Source: an uncultured delta proteobacterium (GTDB taxonomy: Bacteria > Myxococcota_A > Polyangia > Polyangiales > Polyangiaceae). Taken from it: a stretch of DNA of 64,000 nt. A program made the translations under genes and the position numbers. The notes beneath the pieces were generated by a model that was given only the letters and a program-made list of their open reading frames with translations, was not told the origin of the DNA and did not search any database. The DNA is taken from NCBI GenBank assembly GCA_963696385.1, contig CAVOKF010000005.1, positions 448,001 to 512,000 of the forward strand. Reading direction: 5' to 3'. This document shows, one piece after another, positions 18,624 through 27,478 of the stretch (the stretch's first letter is position 1; the number at the start of each line of letters is the position of its first letter).

Positions 18624-19823
18624 ATGTCTCAGCCATCTCATCCGCTGTTCCCTCGCGTGTTGCGCCCTCGCCGTGCCGCCCCCGCGGACGCCGTACGCCC
18701 TACGCGCGCGGAGATCAATTTGCACGCGCTGCGCCACAACCTCCGCGTGGTGCGCAAGCACGCGGCCGGCGCCAATGTTTGGGCGGTTCTCAAAGCCGAC
18801 GCGTACGGGCATGGGGCGCCCGCCGTTGCCCGCACGCTCGAGCGCGCGGGCGTCGACGGATTCTGCGTGGCGCTGCTCGAAGAAGGGATCGAGCTTCGCG
18901 AGGCGGGGATCGTCGTGCCCATCCTGGTCATGGGCGGACACTTTGGCCACGCGCACGAGGAAGCGATCGCCCGGGCGCTCGTTCCGGTCGTGCACGACCT
19001 CGAGTCCATCAGCGCCTTTGCGAGTCTGGTTCGATCGGGAACGGTCTCCGGGCCCATCGACGTGCACCTAAAAGTCGATACGGGCATGTCTCGCCTCGGC
19101 GCGACCATGCGCGAGCTGCCCAGCGTCGCCGCGCGGCTGGCCGAAGCCTCCGAATTGCGCGTCCGTGGTCTGATGACGCATCTCGCCTGCGCGGACGCTG
19201 TCGGCGATCTTGAAACGAACGAAGCCATGGTCCGCTTCGGCGAAGCCATGGCCGTGCTCGCGCGCTACGGCATTCGGCCCGATGTGCGCCACGCCGCGAA
19301 CAGCGCGGCGCTGCTTCGCGGGCAAGCCCGCTTCGAGGCGGTCCGTCCCGGCATCGCACTTTTCGGCGTCGCGCCGCGGCTCGCGGGCAAGGCCCTGACC
19401 GACGAGCTCAAGCCCGTGATGCGAGTCAGGTCCGAGATCGTGTCGCTCCGAGAGCTCGATGCGCAATCCCCGGTGGGTTATGGCGCGACGTGGCGGGCAT
19501 CCCGTCCGTCGCGCATAGCGACCGTTCCTGTTGGCTATGCCGATGGCTTCAGCCGCCACCTTGGCAACGGGGGTCATGTCCTCGTGCGCGGGCGGCGCGC
19601 GCCGATCGTCGGGGCCGTGTCGATGGACCTGACGATGGTCGACGTGACCGACATCGACGGCGCCAGCGTTCGCGACGAAGTCGTGGTGCTTGGCGCACAG
19701 GATGGCCCCCTCGGCAGGGATGCCATCGGTGCCGACGAGATCGCTGTGGCCGCCGACACGATTCCCTGGGAGGTCATGACGAGCATTTCGCGTCGCGTCC
19801 CGCGGTTCTATCGTGAGCCGTAG
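18624..19823 (+). CDS. alr: Alanine racemase
   Basis: AVLKADAYGHG (PLP lysine), HLKVDTGMSRLG, VRPGIALFG, VGYGATW, GYADG, SMD. Confidence 0.96.
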   Translation: MSQPSHPLFPRVLRPRRAAPADAVRPTRAEINLHALRHNLRVVRKHAAGANVWAVLKADAYGHGAPAVARTLERAGVDGFCVALLEEGIELREAGIVVPILVMGGHFGHAHEEAIARALVPVVHDLESISAFASLVRSGTVSGPIDVHLKVDTGMSRLGATMRELPSVAARLAEASELRVRGLMTHLACADAVGDLETNEAMVRFGEAMAVLARYGIRPDVRHAANSAALLRGQARFEAVRPGIALFGVAPRLAGKALTDELKPVMRVRSEIVSLRELDAQSPVGYGATWRASRPSRIATVPVGYADGFSRHLGNGGHVLVRGRRAPIVGAVSMDLTMVDVTDIDGASVRDEVVVLGAQDGPLGRDAIGADEIAVAADTIPWEVMTSISRRVPRFYREP

Positions 19824-19847
19824 GCATAGCTGTACACTCGCCCGCCC

Positions 19848-20672
19848 GTGACGGACACCAGCGACGACGCCCCTCGACCGTCGATACTTGGGCGGCTGAG
19901 CCAGCTGGTCGATGTCGTCACCGATCCGGTGATGGGCTTGATGGACGAAGTGGGGCAAACCGCGCTGCTCGCCGGCCGGACGCTGGCCTGGGGCGTGCGC
20001 CGGCCCTTTCGGATAGGCCAAGTGCTTCTGGCCCTCGACTTCGTCGGGTGGGGGTCGACCTTCATCGTCGGTCTTGTCGGTCTGTTTACGGGCATGGCGT
20101 TTACGGTCAGCACGATCGTGGGGTTCCGGCAGTTCTCGGCGGAGGGGATGGTCGGCGGCGTGGTCGCGCTCGCGCTCGCACGAGAGCTTGCTCCCGTGCT
20201 CACGGCAGTCGTCGTCACCGCCCGCGCGGGCAGCACCATGGCGAGCGAGCTCGGCAACATGCGCGTGACCGAGCAGATCGACGCGCTCACCACCATGGCG
20301 GTCAGCCCCGTCCAATACCTCGTCTTTCCGCGGGTCCTCGCGACGACGCTGATGCTGCCGCTGCTGACCACGTGCTTCGGTGTCGCCGGCCAGTTCGGCT
20401 CCTACATCGTCGCCGTCATGTGGCAAAGGATCGATCCGGGAGCGTTCTTCGACCACATCACCCGCCTGCTCGCGGTGGCCGATCTGCGGATGATGGGCAT
20501 CAAGAGCGTCGTATTTGGCTTCATCGTAAGCGTCATCTGCTGCAAGAAGGGCTTCTTTGCATCCGGAGGCGCGCGCGGCGTAGGCGAGGCGACCGCTCAT
20601 GCCGTCGTGGCCAGCATCGTCGCCATCTTTGCGTTCGACTATGTCCTGACAACGATGCTCACCGACATTTGA
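19848..20672 (+). CDS. MlaE family ABC permease
   Basis: RELAPVLTAVVVTARAGS, ELGNMRVTEQIDAL, GGARGVGEAT. Confidence 0.92.
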   Translation: MTDTSDDAPRPSILGRLSQLVDVVTDPVMGLMDEVGQTALLAGRTLAWGVRRPFRIGQVLLALDFVGWGSTFIVGLVGLFTGMAFTVSTIVGFRQFSAEGMVGGVVALALARELAPVLTAVVVTARAGSTMASELGNMRVTEQIDALTTMAVSPVQYLVFPRVLATTLMLPLLTTCFGVAGQFGSYIVAVMWQRIDPGAFFDHITRLLAVADLRMMGIKSVVFGFIVSVICCKKGFFASGGARGVGEATAHAVVASIVAIFAFDYVLTTMLTDI

Positions 20673-20793
20673 GACGAGGCCACGCCTTCTTTCTCGCACG
20701 AGCTGAAAACCTGCGCAGCGTTCTTGCGCGTGCTCTCCTGTATGATGGACCCCGCGCCCGGCGAACGTCGCCGGCCAATTGAGAGGAGTGCCC

Positions 20794-21867
20794 GTGGACA
20801 AGGCACGAAACGATTTGAGCGCAGCCGTTCCGAAGTTTTGCCTGGCGCTCGAAGAATACCGCCGCACCCCCGAGGGGCGCGTGCGCACGTCGCAGGAAAT
20901 GCTGGCAGCGTTTTTCCCGCACGACGACAAGACCAGCACCGATCGCATCTTGAAATACGTCCCGCAAGACGTCCGCGGGCCGATCATCGCCGCCTGGGGG
21001 ATTCGCGGCATCAAGGCGGCGTTACGCGACACCGACGAGAAGGTGCAGACGGTCGTTCACGACGCGCTCATCGCGGGGGACATCGACCACACTGCCTTCG
21101 AGGACGGGCTGGCTCCCGAGACGCTGATCCGCTGGGTGCCGCTCGCCGACTGGTGGGCGTTCTGGCGCGGCGGCAAGCTGACCAAACAGGCGATCCACAA
21201 GGCCCTCACGACGGCCTACGAGTTGTATCTCTTCGATGCTCGGTGGTTTCTGGACACCGTGCAGGGCAGGGGCGGCGCTCTGAAGGGAACGGACGTTCTG
21301 TCCGAAGGCCTGACGAAAGAAGACCTCACGGCGTGGGTGCGACGCATTCACGAAGCCGGCGACGGGACTCCGAAGGGGATTGTCGCCGCGATCGGGTGGG
21401 ACAAGATCGTCGGCAAGACGGCCAACGACGTGTTGGTCGCGGCCATCGACGCCATGGTCGCGAAAGTCGGCTTGGTGCTGAGCGGGCCGCGCGAGCCCGG
21501 GTCACGGGCCAAACTCGACTCGCATCCCGAGGTTGTTTCCGCGATTCCGGTTCCGGCGGGGGCCCCCTTGCGCTTGCCCGACGTGGTGGAGCGCGCGCCC
21601 GTGGATGAAGGGGCGTGGTCCTTGCCGCCTTCGCCTCCGGACGCCGCTGAGTTTGACCCGCCGTCGGAACCCACGGGCCCGGTGTCCCCTCCGCCCTCGG
21701 AAGAAGGCATCAACATCGTCCTTGAGGACGAGCTCGTCATTGGCGACCGTGCTCCGTCGTCCGCGCAGGCCGAAACCGCTCCGCCGGCGCCGGCGCCCGA
21801 GCCCGCCCCGGTCAAGGCAACGCTGCGCGATCGCTTTCCGTTCCGCCCGGGTGGCAAATCCAGCTAA
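20794..21867 (+). CDS. Hypothetical protein with Pro-rich tail
   Basis: GAGGAG RBS before GTG 20794; globular, protein-like first ~230 aa; genome-typical codon use. Confidence 0.8.
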   Translation: MDKARNDLSAAVPKFCLALEEYRRTPEGRVRTSQEMLAAFFPHDDKTSTDRILKYVPQDVRGPIIAAWGIRGIKAALRDTDEKVQTVVHDALIAGDIDHTAFEDGLAPETLIRWVPLADWWAFWRGGKLTKQAIHKALTTAYELYLFDARWFLDTVQGRGGALKGTDVLSEGLTKEDLTAWVRRIHEAGDGTPKGIVAAIGWDKIVGKTANDVLVAAIDAMVAKVGLVLSGPREPGSRAKLDSHPEVVSAIPVPAGAPLRLPDVVERAPVDEGAWSLPPSPPDAAEFDPPSEPTGPVSPPPSEEGINIVLEDELVIGDRAPSSAQAETAPPAPAPEPAPVKATLRDRFPFRPGGKSS

Positions 21868-21897
21868 CGAGCGCGCGCTGCGCGAAAAGCCGAACGC

Positions 21898-22854
21898 CTA
21901 GCTCAGCGCGAGCATTCGGTCGATGGGCTTGCGCGCGCGATCCATCAATGCGGCGGTCATCTCGATGCGTGGCTTCAAGTCCCGGAGCGAGAGGTAAACC
22001 TTCTCGAGGGTGTTCTTTTTCATGAACGGGCATTCGTTGCAGGCGCAATTCGCTTTCGGCGGGGCGGGGATGAACGTTTTGTCAGGCGCTTGGCGGCGCA
22101 TCGGATGCAAAATGCCCGGCTCGGTCGCGACGATGAACTCTGTCGCGGCGTTCGACACGGCGAACCGCAAGAGCGCTGTTGTCGATCCCACGAAATCCGC
22201 CACGGCGAGCAGCGCGGCTTCGCATTCGGGATGCGCGATGACCAAAGCGTGCGGGTGACGCTCCTTAAGGGCGAGGAGTTTTCGCAGACTGAAGGTCTCG
22301 TGCACGACGCAGCTACCCGGCCAAAGGTGGAGTTTGCGCCCGATCTTTCTTTCGAGATAGGCGCCGAGATTTTTGTCGGGTCCGAACAGGATCGTTTGGT
22401 CTTCGGGGATATTCCGCACGATCGTCTCGGCGTTGGACGACGTGACGATGTAATCGGAAAGGGCTTTCACTTCGGCGGAACAGTTGATGTAACTGACTAC
22501 GGTGGGCCGCTTCTTCTCGGCCGTTGCACGCTTTTCGATCCAAGCCGCGAAGCGGTCCGCCGGACAGCCGCTCGCGAGCGAGCAGCCGGCCTCGAGATCG
22601 GGCAAGACGACGACGCGCTCGGGGTTCAGGATCTTCGCCGTTTCGGCCATGAAATGGACCCCGGCGAAGCAAATCACCTCGGCGCTCGTCCTGGCCGCGG
22701 CATGGGCGAGCTGAAGCGAGTCGCCGATCACGTCGGCAACGTCCTGGATTTCGCTGTCTTGGTAGAAGTGCGCAAGGACCACCGCATTCCGCTCTCTCTT
22801 GAGCCGATCGATCTCGTCCTCCAGATCAATCGAGATCGGAGCCGCGCCCGCCAT
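21898..22854 (-). CDS. nadA: Quinolinate synthase
   Basis: [53 protein letters not shown]. Confidence 0.96.
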   Translation of the reverse strand: MAGAAPISIDLEDEIDRLKRERNAVVLAHFYQDSEIQDVADVIGDSLQLAHAAARTSAEVICFAGVHFMAETAKILNPERVVVLPDLEAGCSLASGCPADRFAAWIEKRATAEKKRPTVVSYINCSAEVKALSDYIVTSSNAETIVRNIPEDQTILFGPDKNLGAYLERKIGRKLHLWPGSCVVHETFSLRKLLALKERHPHALVIAHPECEAALLAVADFVGSTTALLRFAVSNAATEFIVATEPGILHPMRRQAPDKTFIPAPPKANCACNECPFMKKNTLEKVYLSLRDLKPRIEMTAALMDRARKPIDRMLALS

Positions 22855-22896
22855 GCCGCCAAACTAGGTCCGGCGTGACGGCTCGGCAACCCCGCG

Positions 22897-23346
22897 TCAG
22901 GTCTTGCCCAAGAGCTTCGAAGTCACGTGACGGCCGAGCTTCTCGGACATCAGGTTCGCGACGAACTGCTCGAGCTCTTGCCGCTCGGAGTCGTGAATGA
23001 ACTTGAAGCGGATGCCCATCCCGGCGGGTCGCTGCTCGTCCGCTCGGCTCTCGTCGACCGTCCACATGACTTCGCCGCGCAACTCCAGTTGCTCGGTCTG
23101 TTCGGGAATGGAGAGAACGAAGACGAACTCGGTCCCGATGTCGAGCGGTTTGCTCGTGCGAATGAACGTTCCACCCTTGGAGATGTTCTTCGCGTAATCC
23201 GCGAAAAACGTGTTCATTCGCTTGTAGTCGACCCGCAACGTGATCGCATGACGGGGCGACTCTCGACGATCCGCCGGGTCCGACGGTGCGCGTGACTTCG
23301 CCTCCGAGACGCCCTCCTTGTCATCCTTGGTTTTTGGCCCCGCCAT
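22897..23346 (-). CDS. Myxobacterial PilZ-domain protein (TIGR02266-like)
   Basis: RRESPR (RxxxR), NISKGGTFI, GEVMW, GMGIRF. Confidence 0.88.
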   Translation of the reverse strand: MAGPKTKDDKEGVSEAKSRAPSDPADRRESPRHAITLRVDYKRMNTFFADYAKNISKGGTFIRTSKPLDIGTEFVFVLSIPEQTEQLELRGEVMWTVDESRADEQRPAGMGIRFKFIHDSERQELEQFVANLMSEKLGRHVTSKLLGKT

Positions 23347-23445
23347 GGCTCCAGCACGAGACTACACCGCCCGCGCGACCCCGAAGCCAATAATGAGCGC
23401 GATCGCCACGCCAGCGATCCGCGACGGAATGCCGGGGGCCCGAGG

Positions 23446-24609
23446 TCAAGGCGAGGGGAAAGGCGGAGGCGGGGGTGGAGCGGACGTGGGCAGCTGGGTA
23501 CTCGGTACCGCGGTGGTCGCCGGTGCCGTACTTGGTACCGCGGTGGTCGCCGGTGCCATCGTGGGTGGTGCGGTCGAGGAGGGGGCCGTTGCGGCCGGTG
23601 TCGTCATGGGCGGTGGGGGAGGCACCGGCATCGTCCCTGGCGTCGGCGTCGTCGGAGTACACGGCGGCGGGAGAGCCGCAGGGCCCGGGGGCTTGGCAGC
23701 CGTGCTCAGCGCGTAGATCAGATTGACCGTCGTCGACGTGTCGAGATCGACCTTCCCCGGCAGGGGCGCACGGTCGTATCGAGCATTGAACCCGACGCCG
23801 ATCGAAAGGCCGCTGCCGATGTTGGCCGCGAAGAGCGCGTCATAGTTGAAACGATAGTCGTATTTGAAGGAGTTGTAGGTCATCAAGCTTTGCAGGTACT
23901 CGAAGCCGGTCGTGAAATTGACCTCCTTATTGAACGCGTGCTTGAAACCGACAAAAAGTCGCGTCGATTCGTTGGTGGCCGTCTTGTCCAACAGGATGGG
24001 ATTGCCGTTCGCATCGACCAGCGTGTTGCCCATCGCGTCTTTCTGGTAGAGGGCCGAATTCAGGCGGTCGTCGTACTCGAAGTCGTACCCCGCCTCGCCC
24101 CACAACGACGTGGTGGCCGTGTGGTAGACGATGTATTTGACGCCGGGATCGACGTTGAAACGTACCTCGAGCCCGAGGAACCGATCGTGCATGGCCGTTC
24201 CCATCAAAAATAGGCTCATCTCGTCGAGAACGAAGCGGTCGTAGCGCAAGCGTCCCTGGAGGTTCTCCGTCGTCTCTCGCAGTTCCTGACCCGGGGCTGC
24301 ACCCTCGCCGTAGTTTCCGATGATCGCTGCGCCGAACGCGTCTGCGCCGCGCCGCATCGCAAACTTGCCGTTGCCGGTCACCGCGGCCTGCTGCGAGTTG
24401 CCCGTCGACAGCTGCCCGCCCGCCGAGACCGTGGCGGTCGTCTCGTTCGTCTGTGGGTCGAACTTGGGAACGTCCTCGGTCGCCTTAGGCGCGGTGACGA
24501 GTGCTGCCGTGTCGGGCGGGGGTGCGGCGACCGGAGGCGCGTCGGCGCGCGCCCCGGCCGAGAGAAAAAGAAAGAGAGGAGTGGCAAGAAACGCACATTG
24601 GGTTCGCAT
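23446..24609 (-). CDS. DUF481-like outer-membrane beta-barrel protein with Pro/Thr-rich tail
   Basis: Signal peptide ending ARA-D; STGNS, alternating beta strands, HDRFLGL, DPGVKY, RYDRAP. Confidence 0.8.
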   Translation of the reverse strand: MRTQCAFLATPLFLFLSAGARADAPPVAAPPPDTAALVTAPKATEDVPKFDPQTNETTATVSAGGQLSTGNSQQAAVTGNGKFAMRRGADAFGAAIIGNYGEGAAPGQELRETTENLQGRLRYDRFVLDEMSLFLMGTAMHDRFLGLEVRFNVDPGVKYIVYHTATTSLWGEAGYDFEYDDRLNSALYQKDAMGNTLVDANGNPILLDKTATNESTRLFVGFKHAFNKEVNFTTGFEYLQSLMTYNSFKYDYRFNYDALFAANIGSGLSIGVGFNARYDRAPLPGKVDLDTSTTVNLIYALSTAAKPPGPAALPPPCTPTTPTPGTMPVPPPPPMTTPAATAPSSTAPPTMAPATTAVPSTAPATTAVPSTQLPTSAPPPPPPFPSP

Positions 24610-24937
24610 CGAAGGCGCGCATGTGAGCACACACGATCCGAGCTGTCGACCTGGGTGCGCCGAGGGTCGGCCGATCCGCTCCCGACCGAACGCTGTCCCC
24701 ATGGGGGTCCCGCCTCGCTGGTTCGCGTCGTCCCTCAACCATCGCTTGAGGAGAGCCGGCATCCGCAACGGGTCGCGGCCTCGGCGCGCTGGGCCGGCGT
24801 GAGACGCCGGGACGGCGGCTTCAATGAAACCGGACGATCCTGCCCAGCCGTCGATTCATGGCTTGCTGCCGTGCCTCCGCGGATCATCGACGCCTTGCGC
24901 GGCGAGAGACATCCGGTGCGATACGCGACAAGGGAAA

Positions 24938-26185
24938 TCACGGTAAATGCGGATGTCGGCTTCCGGCGGTCGCGGGGGTCATGGCTTGGTCGAACAGCGC
25001 ATCGTGCGCCCACGGACGGGCGGCTCGAATGGCGAGGTGCTCGCGGGTAGGACAAACGCGATTGGTGAGCAACGCGACGACGACTTGGGCATCGGGGTCC
25101 AACCATAAGCTCGTCCCGGTGAAGCCCAGGTGACCAAAGCTGCGCGGGCTCAACCGATCCCCGGCGCTCGACCCTTGCGGGCTCTTGCCATCGAATCCGG
25201 CGCGTAGCGTACCGCCCGGTCGTTCGCGGACGATCCACCGCAGGTCGACCTCCCCGAGCGGCCCGTGACGGTCGGCGAGTGAGTCGAGTACGGCGGCGCC
25301 AAATGTGAGCACCGCGTCGACTGTGGCGAAGATCCCGGCGTGCCCGGAGCCGCCCCTTCCCGTGACCGCCCACGCATTCTCATCGTGCACCGCGCCGGTG
25401 ATGAGACCGCCGCGCCAATGCACATCCTCGGTAGGTGCAAAAGGACCACCGATGCCCCGCGCGGCGAGGTCGCGGACGGAGCCCGCGCAGTCCGCTACCC
25501 CGAGCGGCTTGAGGACGAGGTGCTGGATGGCTTCGCCGGCATCGCGCGCACCGACAGCACGCGATAGCGCCGCGCCCGCGAGCAAGTAGCCGAGGTCGCT
25601 GTAGACCGCAGGAAACCCGTCGTGCGGAAGGTCCCCGGTGGCGTCGATCCGCCGTGCCCTTGCGGCTTCCGACAGCGCGCCGTGCACGTCGACGCGTCCG
25701 CCGCGGACGAGCGGTGCGAACAAATCGCGGTGGCTGTCGATTCCGGCCCGATGTGCGAACAGCAGTTCGAGCGGCGTGCGCTCGTTCGTCGTGTGCCGCG
25801 CTTCAACCAGAAGGTCCCCGAGCGGAGTCCGCCGATCGATGCGGGCGCGCGCGAACGCGACCGCGGTCATCGGCTTCGTCACGCTCGCAAGATCGAAGAA
25901 CATGTGGGTCGCGCCTCCGCTTTCCCGGACCCAGCCGCGCCCCTTTGGCTCGCGGGATTCTTCGCGTGCGGCCCCCGCGCGAAGCTCTCCCCGTGGCCCC
26001 GTTCGGCATGGTTCGCCGCCGGCAGGGCCTGCCGTGGTCGATGCTCCGCCGGGTGCGCGACCCCCATCCGATCGGGGCGGGCCGCCATGACGCGCCCAGC
26101 CCGCGGCGCCGAGTGGCGCAACACCCTCCGACACGATGCGTCCGGCGATGTCCTCGGCGCTCACGGAAGAATCTCGTGGTCGCAT
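24938..26185 (-). CDS. Serine hydrolase, beta-lactamase/AmpC-like family
   Basis: FDLASVTK (SxxK), HRAG, YSDLGY, VHDENA, GHAGIF, GHLGFTGTSLW, LLTNR. Start uncertain. Confidence 0.88.
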   Translation of the reverse strand: MRPRDSSVSAEDIAGRIVSEGVAPLGAAGWARHGGPPRSDGGRAPGGASTTAGPAGGEPCRTGPRGELRAGAAREESREPKGRGWVRESGGATHMFFDLASVTKPMTAVAFARARIDRRTPLGDLLVEARHTTNERTPLELLFAHRAGIDSHRDLFAPLVRGGRVDVHGALSEAARARRIDATGDLPHDGFPAVYSDLGYLLAGAALSRAVGARDAGEAIQHLVLKPLGVADCAGSVRDLAARGIGGPFAPTEDVHWRGGLITGAVHDENAWAVTGRGGSGHAGIFATVDAVLTFGAAVLDSLADRHGPLGEVDLRWIVRERPGGTLRAGFDGKSPQGSSAGDRLSPRSFGHLGFTGTSLWLDPDAQVVVALLTNRVCPTREHLAIRAARPWAHDALFDQAMTPATAGSRHPHLP

Positions 26186-26294
26186 GGGCGACCGCGTTTC
26201 CAATCTTGGCCTTTCGAGCGCCCGCGGGCAACGACGTCGCGCATTGGACTTGGAAAGCAACCGCCATCGACGGAGGGCCGATGGGTGTTCGACA

Positions 26295-27215
26295 ATGCGT
26301 GCGACCGCGGATGGCCCGAAACCGAGCGCGACGCGCGTCGTGTGGAGCGGCGTGCGGGTCGTCCGCAGAGTGTCGGCCCTCTGGGTCGGGGTGTTGGTTT
26401 GCGCGTGCGTCCCCTCCGCCTCGCTGACTCCGACGGCGATCGCACTGAATCGCGACGGCGCGCATGCGCTGGCCGAGGGGGATTTCTCTGTGGCCGAAGC
26501 CCGGATCGCCCTCGCGATCGAGTACAGTCCTCGCTTTATCGAGGCGTGGGTGAACCTGGGCCTGGTCGAGCTGAAGCGCGGCAACTTTGAGCGCGCACAC
26601 CACGATTTCATCGTCGCTCGCGACCTGAATCCTGACCTGCCCGCGCCGCTTCACGCTCTCGGTCTCCTGGCAGCCCGGCAGGGGCACTCGGCCCAAGCGC
26701 AGACGTTCTACCGCGCCGCACTCGAGGCCGATCCCGGCTTCGGCCCCGCTCGCGCCAGTTTGGCGTGGCTCTTCTTCGAGCGCGGCGCCATCGAAGACGC
26801 TCGCGAGCAGTTTCTTCGTCTCACGCAGATTGCGCCCGCCTCGGTCGACGGGTGGGCCGGCCTGTGCGAGTCGCTTCTGCGACTGCATCGTAGCGACGAC
26901 GCAGAAGGAGCCGTCATCGAAGGGGTGCGCCGGCTGGGCCGCAGTCCGCGCTTCGACCTTCTCGAGGCGCGGCTCTTTCTGCAGGTCGGCGCTTTTGCCG
27001 ATGCCGAAGATCGGCTGGAGCCGCTGACGCGAAGCCCGAATCGGAAGCTCGCGGCGATCGCGTTGGCCTGGACGGCGATCGCCCGCCTCCGTCGGGGCGA
27101 TGCGGCCGCGGCCGTCGATGCGTCCAATCGAGCGACGTCCCTTGCTCCGGACGACGGCGTCGTTCGTTACACCGTTCGCGCAACGCAGGATGCGTTCCAA
27201 AGAACACCTCCCTAA
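26295..27215 (+). CDS. Tetratricopeptide-repeat (lipo)protein
   Basis: LVCAC lipobox-like site; repeats such as EAWVNLGLVELKRGNFERA. Start uncertain. Confidence 0.8.
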   Translation: MRATADGPKPSATRVVWSGVRVVRRVSALWVGVLVCACVPSASLTPTAIALNRDGAHALAEGDFSVAEARIALAIEYSPRFIEAWVNLGLVELKRGNFERAHHDFIVARDLNPDLPAPLHALGLLAARQGHSAQAQTFYRAALEADPGFGPARASLAWLFFERGAIEDAREQFLRLTQIAPASVDGWAGLCESLLRLHRSDDAEGAVIEGVRRLGRSPRFDLLEARLFLQVGAFADAEDRLEPLTRSPNRKLAAIALAWTAIARLRRGDAAAAVDASNRATSLAPDDGVVRYTVRATQDAFQRTPP

Positions 27216-27448
27216 AGAGCGCGGGACCGGTTCTCGAGTCTTCGGGCGCGGCGTCCCGCGGCGCTTCGTTCGTTCGGCTAGCCGGTCGCGCCAAAGCCGC
27301 GCGACGCAAAGGGTGCGCGCCGACGAACTCCTGGCGCCGTCGGGGATGGCGCTCGAAAGCCCGGATGGCTCGCTCGCCCGGTGAGGACTGGCCGCTCCCA
27401 AAAGCGAACGGGTGCCTCGGCGCCGGGCGATCGTTGCTGTGAAGGGAT

Positions 27449-27464
27449 CGGCACGGTTCTCGCA
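27449..27464 (+). promoter_or_regulatory. Candidate sigma54 promoter
   Basis: CGGCAC-GGTTC-TCGCA (GG-N10-GC), 14 nt before the pcm-fusion ATG. Confidence 0.4.
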
Positions 27465-27478
27465 GGAATGCCCGCGCG

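Noticed and set aside
19068..21032. Long antisense ORFs (also 30581-32623, 47436-49133 and others)
   Set aside because: They mirror well-supported genes on the other strand and have no recognisable motifs.
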